Shown here piece by piece: positions 9,562 to 19,300 of a DNA stretch of 64,000 nt. The DNA is taken from the NCBI GenBank assembly GCA_965208675.1, contig OZ242351.1:576001-640000 (forward strand), read 5' to 3'. The notes beneath the pieces were generated by a model. That model was not told where the DNA came from and made no database searches. It was given only the letters and a program-made list of their open reading frames with translations. The position numbers and the translations under genes are program-made. How positions within the stretch are numbered: the stretch's first letter is position 1; each line of letters opens with the position of its first letter. Source of the DNA: Candidatus Poribacteria bacterium. GTDB lineage: Bacteria; Poribacteria; WGA-4E; PCPOR2b.

Positions 9562-11118
9562 TTAAGAATCTGACGGTCGGCGGCATTGCCTTTCCGCTAT
9601 CCATAACGTCACGAATGAGAGAAGCGTCGAGATCAAAACCAAGCGATACGCGCTTGCCTCCCAACCGATTGTAAAATAGTTGAATATCGCCAAGGACAAG
9701 GTCTGCGTTTTTCCTGGAATGTTCCCGGCTACCATCATAGTCGCACCGAACTCGCCGAGACTCTTAGAAAAAGCGAGTATTCCGCCACCCACAATACCGC
9801 GATAGGACAAAGGTAGAGTCACGGTGAAAAACACTTTCAATGGGTGCGCACCGAGAGTCCGCGCAGCGCTTTCTAACTTCGGACTCACTCCTTCCATAGC
9901 CGTCACAGCACTTCGGACAAATAGTGGAAATGAAATCACGGAAATCGCGAGTACAACCGCGGCCCACGAGAAGACAACCTCTTTGCCCAATAGTCGGTAT
10001 AAAATGCTTCCAACCGGTCCCGCCCTGCTAAATAGCATCAATAGAAAATACCCGCTTACTACCGGCGGCAGTATTAGGGGCAACATCACAATCGTATTGA
10101 GGAGCGATTTTCCTCGAAACGAGTTTTTCGCCAAAACCCAACTGACGAAAAGTCCGGGCGGGAGAATGAAAATGAGACTGATAATAGCTACTTTGACCGA
10201 TAGAATCAAGGCCTCAACTTCAGCTCTTTTAACGGTCAATAGAAGGTCGGAAGTGCTTACCTCTACGCCTTTATGCACACCATTCGGTACACGCTGGACA
10301 GATTGCGCGATTGAAAAACCATACCTTTCAAATATTTCAGTGGCTTCTGATGTATTTAAGTATGCTAGGAATACCTGCGCCAGTGCTTTATGGTTGGTAG
10401 TTTTCATGATTGCGGCGGGATACACAATTGGACTGTGGCTCGAACTGGGAAATTGATAAATCTCCTTGACCAATTCGCTGATCGCTGCCTCGGTCTTATA
10501 GACTATCCCCAAATCTACTTCACCAGATTCTACATACGCCAATGTAGACCGAACATCTGTACCGATAATTAACTTGGTCTGAACAGATTCCCAAATTCCT
10601 AAACGCGACAAAGCTTCTCTGCCATATATGCCTGCAGGCACCGAATGCGGTTCGCCTATAGCAATACGTTCAATTGGCGGTGCAGCAAGCATCCGTGCAT
10701 CGGAGGCGGAAGTCATGCCGTTCAAAGGGGCAATCAATACAAGACTATTGGTCAAGAGATTTCGGCGTGTATCCTCGTGAACGCGCTTTTCTGTTTGAAG
10801 GGAATCCATTTGCTTGGGGCTGGCGCAAATAAAAATATCTGTGTATGCGCCTTTTTCAATCTGCTGCTGCAAGGTCGATGAACCCGCGAAACTGCAATAT
10901 ATTCGAATTCCAGTCTCCGATTGAAAGCGCTTACTGATTTCAGATAGCGCATCTGTCAAGCTAATTGCTGCAAATACGACTAACTCTCCTTGCCGGGTTG
11001 GCTTTTGTGCCGCCCCACTATCATGTTCGAATTCAAAATGGCTATCGGCTCTGCAACCGGGCGGGAAAAGCCAAAGAAGATTAAGAATTATGAAGACTAC
11101 AACGAGGCGCGAATTCAT
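9562..11118 (-). CDS. modAB: Fused molybdate ABC transporter substrate-binding protein and permease (ModA-ModB)
   Basis: Signal peptide; ModA motifs FAAISL, FAGSSTL, VPAGIYG, DVR, IVYP; then ModB motifs LPLILPPVVSG, ESAARTLGA (EAA loop), LGEFGAT, NIPGKTQT, all in one frame. Confidence 0.92.
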   Translation of the reverse strand: MNSRLVVVFIILNLLWLFPPGCRADSHFEFEHDSGAAQKPTRQGELVVFAAISLTDALSEISKRFQSETGIRIYCSFAGSSTLQQQIEKGAYTDIFICASPKQMDSLQTEKRVHEDTRRNLLTNSLVLIAPLNGMTSASDARMLAAPPIERIAIGEPHSVPAGIYGREALSRLGIWESVQTKLIIGTDVRSTLAYVESGEVDLGIVYKTEAAISELVKEIYQFPSSSHSPIVYPAAIMKTTNHKALAQVFLAYLNTSEATEIFERYGFSIAQSVQRVPNGVHKGVEVSTSDLLLTVKRAEVEALILSVKVAIISLIFILPPGLFVSWVLAKNSFRGKSLLNTIVMLPLILPPVVSGYFLLMLFSRAGPVGSILYRLLGKEVVFSWAAVVLAISVISFPLFVRSAVTAMEGVSPKLESAARTLGAHPLKVFFTVTLPLSYRGIVGGGILAFSKSLGEFGATMMVAGNIPGKTQTLSLAIFNYFTIGWEASAYRLVLISTLLSFVTLWIAERQCRRPSDS

Positions 11119-11195
11119 AGTGTTTTGTCCGCTTGCAGGATACTAGTAGTAACCACCTAGTTAGCTTTTTATGCCTAAAAACTGGCATGTTTCAG

Positions 11196-11224
11196 AGCAT
11201 ACAAAAAAAATAGCGCCCTGTCAA
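11196..11224 (-). promoter_or_regulatory. Sigma70-type promoter for modAB
   Basis: Minus strand TTGACA-17 nt-TATGCT. Confidence 0.6.
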
Positions 11225-11426
11225 TTTAGAAAAATTCATGATTGCATGAGTTGCAAGCGTATTACATGATTTTTACATCGCAATTTAAAGTCGGGCAGGG
11301 GAGTGCTGATTCTATTTTGCTTGCAACCTACCTCGTGCTCTGCTAAACTTGCTTTATCCGTTGACGAGAGTAACAAGAAGGTGTGCCAATCACCAATTAA
11401 ATCAGTACTGATATAATGCAGATGCA

Positions 11427-13100
11427 ATGAAACAGATAATCTTATCCACTGCACTTATCCTTGAGTTTATAATTTTTGACGCCTCGTCATTGCGAGCGCA
11501 ACCTAGGGACACTTCGGCGTGGTGGCTGGTCGTCAGTCCCACTACCGACTATCGTACTCAAAGTTACCTTGATGCACTCGTGGACTTGCTGAAGGAACGG
11601 GGTAAAGTGCCGACCGGACAGGTTTCCCGCCTCGAAGGAGAAAAATGTACGCGCGGAGGCGTGCGGACAGCAATTGCAAATATGGCCAGAAAAATGCAAA
11701 AAGGAGACCGTCTAATTTTTTTATATCGGGGATTTGTTACAAAACCGCACCGATTAAATGCAATCTACTTTTTGACACATGGAGCGACATCCGATAATTA
11801 CAAAAGTGGATTTGAAATTCGGCAATTGAATGATTGGATGCACAAATTGACGGACGCCTCAATGTTAGTCATTATTGACGGTTTTACCAACGATCGAAAC
11901 TTGATGGCGTTTTACGCCAACCGCGAGGCACCTGGAGATGCAGCTTACGTGTCGATTCAGCCGGCAGCGAAAAACGCTGCTCACGAATTTACGAAATATT
12001 TGCTGGTATTCCTTCAAAATGACACAGCGGACCTGGATGAGAATCGGCGAATCTCAATTGGAGAACTCCACGAATATATCACAACCCACGCGCCGCCTCA
12101 ACCAGGAATCCTGGCGCCAACAGGAAACATTGAGGCAACCATCTTGAAATTGAGTCCTATGCTCAGCATCGTTACTATCCCTGACGGCGCGTCAATCCTT
12201 CTCAACGGAATACAATCTGGACCAACGCCTTATCACCTTGTTGACAACCTCAAGGGTGGAATCTATGAAGTCGAAGTACGGAAAGCGGGTTATATAATCC
12301 CTCCTCCTCAATCTACCGAAGTTAAATTGGTTCAAGGTCAGGCAACTCGTCTGTCGTGGGATTTTGAATCAATCGCAGTTTTTGGCGATGTCAAGGCTTC
12401 TGACGGCACTGCCCTTGAGGAAATTAGCGTGTGGATTGACGAGACAGAATACGAGCGAAAGAAGCAAATTATCGGAGAGAATCAACGTTACCGGCTATTT
12501 GCAAACGTCACCAATGTGTCTAGTGATAAGCGGGTTGACACGCAAATACTGGAACCGAACCGGACATATTCCTTGCGTGCCGAGAGTGGTAGTTTCTACC
12601 ACGTAGAAAAGGCCTTCACGCTACCAAGGTATGAATCCACTCGGCAAGATTTAACTCTAGAAAAAATGACTTGGTTTGAGGTTGCCCAGATGCGGTTTAA
12701 TCGTGAGGAATTTGAGGAGTCCGTCGCTGCGTTTCAAAACGGTGTTGAGGAAACAACTGAATTTCCAGCAATTACCCCGGCGTTCACACAGATGCTTTTT
12801 GAATGGTTCTCGTCAGCGGTTGACAGACAAACTGATGAAATTAACGCCGCACACGTACTTGCGGCGGCAAAGTTGGCGGATCGACTTAACCTCCGCGAAC
12901 ATTCCAAGATTTACTGGACGCACGTAAAGTCAATCACCGTGAAAGGAAGCCAGGATTACATTCGTGCAACCGAGCGATTAAGAAATCTGAATATGTCGCG
13001 GTATCTGATTAATATTAGCATCATATTTGTGTTGCTCGTTGTTTTGATATCCGGGGTTTTTACGTTTAGTAGGCATCGCCGTAAAGCCCGTAATGGATAA
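11427..13100 (+). CDS. Exported caspase-like (C14 fold, degenerate) plus PEGA-domain protein with C-terminal membrane anchor
   Basis: Signal peptide; GDRLIFLYRG, VIIDGF, ADLDENRRISIGELHEYI; PEGA-like TIPDGASILLNG..GPTP...YEVEVRKAGY; C-terminal TM followed by RHRRK. Confidence 0.7.
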   Translation: MKQIILSTALILEFIIFDASSLRAQPRDTSAWWLVVSPTTDYRTQSYLDALVDLLKERGKVPTGQVSRLEGEKCTRGGVRTAIANMARKMQKGDRLIFLYRGFVTKPHRLNAIYFLTHGATSDNYKSGFEIRQLNDWMHKLTDASMLVIIDGFTNDRNLMAFYANREAPGDAAYVSIQPAAKNAAHEFTKYLLVFLQNDTADLDENRRISIGELHEYITTHAPPQPGILAPTGNIEATILKLSPMLSIVTIPDGASILLNGIQSGPTPYHLVDNLKGGIYEVEVRKAGYIIPPPQSTEVKLVQGQATRLSWDFESIAVFGDVKASDGTALEEISVWIDETEYERKKQIIGENQRYRLFANVTNVSSDKRVDTQILEPNRTYSLRAESGSFYHVEKAFTLPRYESTRQDLTLEKMTWFEVAQMRFNREEFEESVAAFQNGVEETTEFPAITPAFTQMLFEWFSSAVDRQTDEINAAHVLAAAKLADRLNLREHSKIYWTHVKSITVKGSQDYIRATERLRNLNMSRYLINISIIFVLLVVLISGVFTFSRHRRKARNG

Positions 13101-13203
13101 TGTTGTTTATGTTCAAATTCTCTTCCTACTCCCTGTTTCCCATGGTCAGGCCATGCCTCTCATTCCTTTACCGGTAGTACGTCGCGGGGGTACCAAATAA
13201 TGC

Positions 13204-13232
13204 TTGAAAACAGTATGAGGCAATGATATAAT
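13204..13232 (+). promoter_or_regulatory. Sigma70-type promoter for the TPR/barrel/ExbB/TonB genes
   Basis: TTGAAA-17 nt-TATAAT with TG at the extended -10 position. Confidence 0.6.
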
Positions 13233-13262
13233 AGCCTCTGTATTAAGACTGCGGGCTCATGT

Positions 13263-16200
13263 TTGGGGAGCAAAAGAATTGTGTGTTGGTTTAGTAAATT
13301 CCTCACGATTGCCTTTATATTCACGTGGATAGTTTTCCCCGCGAACGCCGGAGAACGCGAGGAATATTCTTTCGCTTACAGTTTCTTTGAAAAGCAGGCT
13401 TACGGCATTGCAAAAGATCGGTTCAAATCCTTCCTTCGGGAATATCCAAATAGTGAAAACGCCGACCATGCTCGCTTTCTAATGGCTGAATGCGCGCTGC
13501 AGCTCAAGGGATATGACGAAGCGATCCAATATTATAAACAGCTTCAAATTGACCATCCGGCTAGTCCACTGCGTATAGATGCAGCGTTTGGCGTAGCGAC
13601 TGCTTGGTTTCGGCAAGGCAAATTTGAAGAAGCCATTAAAGCCTTCGAAAAAGTTATCGAAGAATCACCTGATGAACAACAGATTTCCCAATGTCTTTAT
13701 CTCATTGGAGAGGCTTACGATAATTTAGGTCTTTACCAGAAAGCGGGTGAATTTTACAACCGTATCCTTACAAAATTTCCTAAGTCGTCAAAAGTCAAAG
13801 ATGCACTTTATTCAATGGCCTGGAGTCTTTACCGCCTTAAGAAATATCAAGCCGCCTATGACGTGTTTACACGTTTCATCAACACTTATTCCAATCACTA
13901 CGCTGTTGTAGAGGCCACCTACCGCGCTGCGGAATCGCTTTTCAATTTGGGAGTTTGGGCAGATGCCCAAACCGCATACCAGGATTTTCTCAACACCTAC
14001 GGTAAAGATGACCAACACCGGCAATTCACTATAATTGCTAGGTTTAAGTTGGGTGAGTGCTACTTTCAACAACAGTTGATGAACGAAGCCAAGGAGACGT
14101 TTCAACTTCTTCTACAGGAGCATGGAACATCGCCCATTGCCGTAGAAGCGCAATACTGGATCGCAGAAATACTGTTGGAGCGGGAAAAGTACGCTGAAGC
14201 CATTTATGAATATGGGAAAATTATCAACCTTCATCCTAAGAGCCATGTTGTTGACGACGCCCAGTTTGGGATTGCCATGGCCCATTTTCGCCAAGGGGAC
14301 TATGTCAAAGCGCGGACGCAGTTTAAGGTTGTCGCAGATAATCTACGATCCGATCTCGCGGATGCCGCGCGGTTTCGAATCGGGGAGTGCTTCCGGTTAC
14401 AGCGTGAATTTAATTCTGCAATCCTCAACTATAAGAAAGTGCGCCCCGGATCGTCATATACGCCGGATGCACTTTACGCATTAGGCACAAGCGCGTTTGA
14501 ACTGCGGGATTATTCACAAGCCGCCCTTACTTTCGATGAACTGCTTCAATCTTATGATGCTAACCCGCTTAAACCGTACGCGCTTTACCACTTGGGTTTT
14601 ACCTATTTTTATCAGGAGGAATACCAGCAAAGTGTAGTAGCTTTCGATCGTTTTTTCGGGGAGGCAGGCAGCGTTGAGTTCGAAACTGCCCCACATGATG
14701 AAGCGCTATTCTGGAAAGCCCGAGCACAATATGAACTTGGGAACTATTCGGAAGCAACTCAAACCTTTGAACGGTTGCTTCAAGAGTTTCCAAACTCACG
14801 ACAATCTGAAGCAGAACTTTATATCGCCGAAAGCATCTTTTGGAATCAGCAAAACCAAAGCGGTTTTCAATCTGCACGGGAAAAATACCAGAACCTTCTA
14901 GATAAACACCCGGAGGAGCAATGGGCGGAGAAAAGTCAATATGGAATTGGATGGACCCATTTCTCTCAAGCAACCCTGTCAGTGGAAGAAGCAACGGCTG
15001 CAAAACATTACCATTCAGCTATTGATGCATGGGAGAAAGTTGTCAAAAATCACCCGACCGGTCAATTCGCCGACCAAGCGCAGTACCATATCGGGGTTGC
15101 CCATATTAATCTTAAGCAATACAATGACGCAATTGACGCCTTCCATCTGCTCATTGCGGATTATCCAGGAAGCAACTGGCGCGATGATGCTCGCTATCAC
15201 ACCGGGCAATCGCTGTATAAACAAGAAAAATACGAAAACGCTATCATCGCTTTTGAAAAAATGCTCGAAAGGCATTCAGGATCTCAGTTCGTTCCTAAAG
15301 CGGTTTTTGGTATCGCCAATTCCTATTTTAAGCAGGGGATATTTACGAAAGCTATCGAAAATTACGAACGGGTCGTCAATGAATTTCCAAATCCCATTCC
15401 TGAGCCAGGTACGGAGCAAATAATCGATCTCCGTCCCGAAGCACAATACTACATCGCGGAAAGCTATCTGAGCCTTCGGGATAACTCGGAGGCGATAAAC
15501 GCATACGGTAAGGTGATTCAGCATTTTCCAGGGAGCGAGTGGGCAGATGATGCACAATATGGGGTCGCGTTGGCATTCGAAAACCTAGGGCAGAAAGAGA
15601 AAGCCATACAAGCTTATCGGACACTCATAAAGAGGTACGCAAGCGGCGATCTTGCTCCGGACGCACAAATTAAAATTGCCGGCTTCTACTACCAAGATAA
15701 AGATTATACCCGCGCCATAGCCGAGTATCAAGAAGCAATAAACCGGTATCCGAATACACAAGAATCATGGCTGGCTCAATACAACATTGGAAAATCATAC
15801 ATCGCACTATCGTCTTATCGACAGGCTATAAAGGCTTTTGAACGAGTAGATCCTAGAAGTGATATTGCTGCTACGGCAGCGTACGAAATTGGCTTCGCCT
15901 GGTATGACAAAAAGAACCCAGGGAGGAACCTTGGAAATGCTGCCAATGCGCTGCGCAAGGTTGCTCAAGAATTTCCTAACAACCCTGACGCGCCGCGCGC
16001 TCTATCACTCGCCGGTAAGTGTTATCAGGAGATAGCGGAATGGGACAAGGCGGTTAGCGTGTTTCAGCAGATTATAGACATCTATCCACGTTCGGAGGAT
16101 GCGAATCGGGCACAACTTGAATTAGGAAATACCTATTTCACGCAGGGGAAATACCAAAACGCAGTTGCAGCGTATGATGTTATCCGCAAGAAGGGGACGG

Positions 16201-16547
16201 ACGAATTCCCGATTGATATCGTCATCGACGCTGTGTTGAGACTAGCGGAATCGCAGTTAAGCCTGGGCAATCATAAGGATGGTGCAATTACTTATCTTCG
16301 TATCTCTTTGCTGTACAAGCATTACGATCCCCTCATTACGCTAAATGCAACTGTTCGTGCAGCTAACGCTTTTACGGCTGCCGGCGAGGATTATGTGGCC
16401 AAGGACACCTATGAAGATGCCATTAAATTTTATGAGGCGAATGCTTCAACGATACAGGACTCCAAAACTAGGGACGATTGGGAAAAGTTATACGACACTG
16501 CAATGAAAAAACTAGACCAAATTATCCGTCAAATTGAGCAAGAATGA
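13263..16547 (+). CDS. Large periplasmic tetratricopeptide-repeat protein (CpoB/BamD-like repeats)
   Basis: Signal peptide, then more than 20 repeats of the type YP.S..A.DA.Y.IG..YF....Y..A...F. Confidence 0.9.
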   Translation: MGSKRIVCWFSKFLTIAFIFTWIVFPANAGEREEYSFAYSFFEKQAYGIAKDRFKSFLREYPNSENADHARFLMAECALQLKGYDEAIQYYKQLQIDHPASPLRIDAAFGVATAWFRQGKFEEAIKAFEKVIEESPDEQQISQCLYLIGEAYDNLGLYQKAGEFYNRILTKFPKSSKVKDALYSMAWSLYRLKKYQAAYDVFTRFINTYSNHYAVVEATYRAAESLFNLGVWADAQTAYQDFLNTYGKDDQHRQFTIIARFKLGECYFQQQLMNEAKETFQLLLQEHGTSPIAVEAQYWIAEILLEREKYAEAIYEYGKIINLHPKSHVVDDAQFGIAMAHFRQGDYVKARTQFKVVADNLRSDLADAARFRIGECFRLQREFNSAILNYKKVRPGSSYTPDALYALGTSAFELRDYSQAALTFDELLQSYDANPLKPYALYHLGFTYFYQEEYQQSVVAFDRFFGEAGSVEFETAPHDEALFWKARAQYELGNYSEATQTFERLLQEFPNSRQSEAELYIAESIFWNQQNQSGFQSAREKYQNLLDKHPEEQWAEKSQYGIGWTHFSQATLSVEEATAAKHYHSAIDAWEKVVKNHPTGQFADQAQYHIGVAHINLKQYNDAIDAFHLLIADYPGSNWRDDARYHTGQSLYKQEKYENAIIAFEKMLERHSGSQFVPKAVFGIANSYFKQGIFTKAIENYERVVNEFPNPIPEPGTEQIIDLRPEAQYYIAESYLSLRDNSEAINAYGKVIQHFPGSEWADDAQYGVALAFENLGQKEKAIQAYRTLIKRYASGDLAPDAQIKIAGFYYQDKDYTRAIAEYQEAINRYPNTQESWLAQYNIGKSYIALSSYRQAIKAFERVDPRSDIAATAAYEIGFAWYDKKNPGRNLGNAANALRKVAQEFPNNPDAPRALSLAGKCYQEIAEWDKAVSVFQQIIDIYPRSEDANRAQLELGNTYFTQGKYQNAVAAYDVIRKKGTDEFPIDIVIDAVLRLAESQLSLGNHKDGAITYLRISLLYKHYDPLITLNATVRAANAFTAAGEDYVAKDTYEDAIKFYEANASTIQDSKTRDDWEKLYDTAMKKLDQIIRQIEQE

Positions 16548-16591
16548 GTAAAAACCGCGATCCCAAGACCAAGTCGATATGAGACAAACCT

Positions 16592-18310
16592 ATGCCCCGA
16601 TTGTTATTCACAATATTCTGGGTTAGCCTGTTCGTGGTCGGGATATCGTTTCTTTACGCTGAGGAGCCGGAAAAAAACCAAGACGTGGATGTGGACGCGA
16701 CGGAAGATCAATTGGAAGCAGATTTGCCAGAGGTCATTCGTGCGAAAATGATTGACACGACACGCATCCTACTTGAGCCGCGCAGTCGCTTTAGCGACCC
16801 TTTAAAGCCGAAATTAATTAGCGCTAAGGGAATATACGCGAAGGAACGCCTATGGAATTTATCTCCGACTTCGATACCGCAAAAAGCAGTTGCTCCGCAG
16901 GCCGCACAACCAAAAACCCACGTAGTAAATTTCACGGCGTATCCAAGTTTACCTGATTCGCTCTATTACCATGCACTTTTTGGAGCACACAACAACCGAT
17001 CGCGGGGATTCCTTTACCTAGATGGTAAACAGCTTGGTGACAAGCGTACAAAGCAAAAGGGGGACTATAACTTCAATAGTGTTCGAGGCGAGTTGAGTTA
17101 TCAGCATCAAGATTGGCGCGAAATTTCTCTTGATGTTGGTCTCGACCTCAAAGGCCTGAATTGGCTACCAGCACCTAACTCTCAAGAACAAGAAAAATTG
17201 CGGAAGGATTTTAGATTACTTAGATCCGCGATAAACTGGAAACAACAGATTGCAGCATCGGCATGGACGACGCTTACGCTTGGCGCAGAATCAATGAGTC
17301 TGACGCATGACGCATCAGATCAACAGGGTGAGGGCACCGATCTTCGTTTCAATTTCGACGCAACGGTTCTGCTGCCTTTTCAGAATCCGTTTCATGCAGG
17401 TGACACGGTAGATGTGAATCCAATTCACGTTGGAAGCGGCATTGAATACTATTCCATAAATGACAGCGGGAAACCCGATTACTGGGCGGCAATCATACGT
17501 TTATATGTGCGGGATGAGTTTACGCTTTTTGGACCGTTAGCGTTAAGCATGGGAGCGGAGGGGGTCAATTTTCGTGAACGGAATGAAAGTGGTGAAGATC
17601 TGACGAGATTACAATTTAATCCGAACCTTGCAGTTACGACCAAACTAGGTAGACGGTGGATTTTTCGTATGCATGGTATGCGGACGACACACCAACCCAA
17701 ATTGTCGTCACTTTATTTCGAAACGGATTATATCAGCTTTAATCCTTTCCTCGGGCCGGAAGAGACTTGGGACGGACGAGTGCTGTTGAAATACCATCAA
17801 GGCAGAATGTTAGAAATCAATCTTACAGGTTTTGCAAAGCACATTGATGATTTAGTTGTTTTTGAAAAAGAAACTGATAACCCGAACGCGCTAACGTGGA
17901 TGCCGACGAACATTGACGCACGAATTTATGGCGGACAACTCGATTTCTCAGCGCAAGTCACCAATCAGCTCGAGCTACAGTTGCAATACATCCATGAATT
18001 TCACCGCCCAAAGCAAGCAGAAAACATAAATTACAGACCCGAAGATTTAGTGAATTTAGGGGTTGATTTTTATTTTTCAGGCGATTTTCGATTTGAACTA
18101 GATGGAGTATTTAGTGGTCCTCGTTATGCAAAAACAGATGAAACTTTGGAACGCTATTTCCGGTTCAAGCCAAGGCTGAGCAAAACCATAGGGACATACA
18201 TAGATGCGTTCATCGGCTGCACATTCGCCATTGGTGAGTATGCCGTGCTTCATCAAGACCTTACATTTTCACAGAACAACTTTGATTTTGGCGTAGAATT
18301 AAGATTCTAA
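16592..18310 (+). CDS. Outer-membrane beta-barrel, TonB-dependent-receptor-like
   Basis: Signal peptide, amphipathic beta strands, C-terminal FDFGVELRF; lies next to exbB/tonB-like genes. Confidence 0.7.
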   Translation: MPRLLFTIFWVSLFVVGISFLYAEEPEKNQDVDVDATEDQLEADLPEVIRAKMIDTTRILLEPRSRFSDPLKPKLISAKGIYAKERLWNLSPTSIPQKAVAPQAAQPKTHVVNFTAYPSLPDSLYYHALFGAHNNRSRGFLYLDGKQLGDKRTKQKGDYNFNSVRGELSYQHQDWREISLDVGLDLKGLNWLPAPNSQEQEKLRKDFRLLRSAINWKQQIAASAWTTLTLGAESMSLTHDASDQQGEGTDLRFNFDATVLLPFQNPFHAGDTVDVNPIHVGSGIEYYSINDSGKPDYWAAIIRLYVRDEFTLFGPLALSMGAEGVNFRERNESGEDLTRLQFNPNLAVTTKLGRRWIFRMHGMRTTHQPKLSSLYFETDYISFNPFLGPEETWDGRVLLKYHQGRMLEINLTGFAKHIDDLVVFEKETDNPNALTWMPTNIDARIYGGQLDFSAQVTNQLELQLQYIHEFHRPKQAENINYRPEDLVNLGVDFYFSGDFRFELDGVFSGPRYAKTDETLERYFRFKPRLSKTIGTYIDAFIGCTFAIGEYAVLHQDLTFSQNNFDFGVELRF

Positions 18311-18616
18311 CGAGTAATGTGATTATTGCCGCGAGAGCCTCCACGGTTTATTTGAAAACAGATGGAATTGGGCCGATAAGGTAGATTATAATTCGGGCGT
18401 TATTCCGCAATATGATTTGCTCATGATAAAGTGGGGTGCAGATTAATTGATTTATCATAAAAGCGGAACTTTAACAGCTGTGAAGGGATGTAAGATGGCA
18501 GAAATTTTTGTATGAAACGGAAGACGTGACTGTTCACGCAGTTGGGTTTTTGGTTTTCACAGAAATTACGTGAACCGTCGCCGCGCCGTATTTCATTTAA
18601 TCGCTTCAATTTGTCT

Positions 18617-19300
18617 ATGGGTCAGCTTGTTCATATTATTCTTTCGGGGTTAGGGCAATTAAGCGAAGGGGGCCTAATTTTAATTCCACTAGTTGCCTTT
18701 TCGCTTTGTTCGCACACAATTATTTTGGAGCGCGCGTATCACCTTCGTCGCAGACGGATAATTCCTTCACACTTTGTAACGCGCAGCATTTACAACGAGT
18801 TAGTCCAAGGCAATCCAAAAATAGCCGTTAAGATGTGTGAGAAAAAACCGGGGCCCTTGACAAACATTCTTCGAGCAGGTATTGAACATCGGGATTCAGG
18901 GGAAGATACAATTAAACGGGCAATTCGAATCGCAATAAATACGGAAAAGCGTATTTTAACAAGATACCTTAACTTTTTGGGTCTGCTGGCTTCGGTGTCT
19001 CTTTATACTGGTTTACTTGGCACGGTCGTCGGCATGATACACTCGTTCGGCGCATTATACGTTGGGAAACCAACTGATATTGCTGTTGGTATTTCACAAG
19101 CTCTACTAACCACCGCAGCAGGGCTGATTGTCGCATTGCCCGCTTATGTGGCGAATGATTATTTTCGAAGCAAGTCCCAAAACTTCGTGATAGCGCTCGA
19201 AAGGCACGGGATGTCGCTGGTTCGATTTCTTACTACCGAGGAACACAAAATATTCCAGGGCGAGTTTGAAGACATTCGAGTAATCAAGGAGAATGGTTGA
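18617..19300 (+). CDS. MotA/TolQ/ExbB proton channel family protein
   Basis: IILER, GLLGTVVGMI, GISQALLTTAAGLIVALPA. Confidence 0.92.
   Translation: MGQLVHIILSGLGQLSEGGLILIPLVAFSLCSHTIILERAYHLRRRRIIPSHFVTRSIYNELVQGNPKIAVKMCEKKPGPLTNILRAGIEHRDSGEDTIKRAIRIAINTEKRILTRYLNFLGLLASVSLYTGLLGTVVGMIHSFGALYVGKPTDIAVGISQALLTTAAGLIVALPAYVANDYFRSKSQNFVIALERHGMSLVRFLTTEEHKIFQGEFEDIRVIKENG

Noticed and set aside
11119-11195. Molybdenum-cofactor riboswitch upstream of modAB
   Set aside because: The predicted leader is only about 70 nt with two small hairpins, too short and not recognisably the Moco motif. An Infernal search would settle it.
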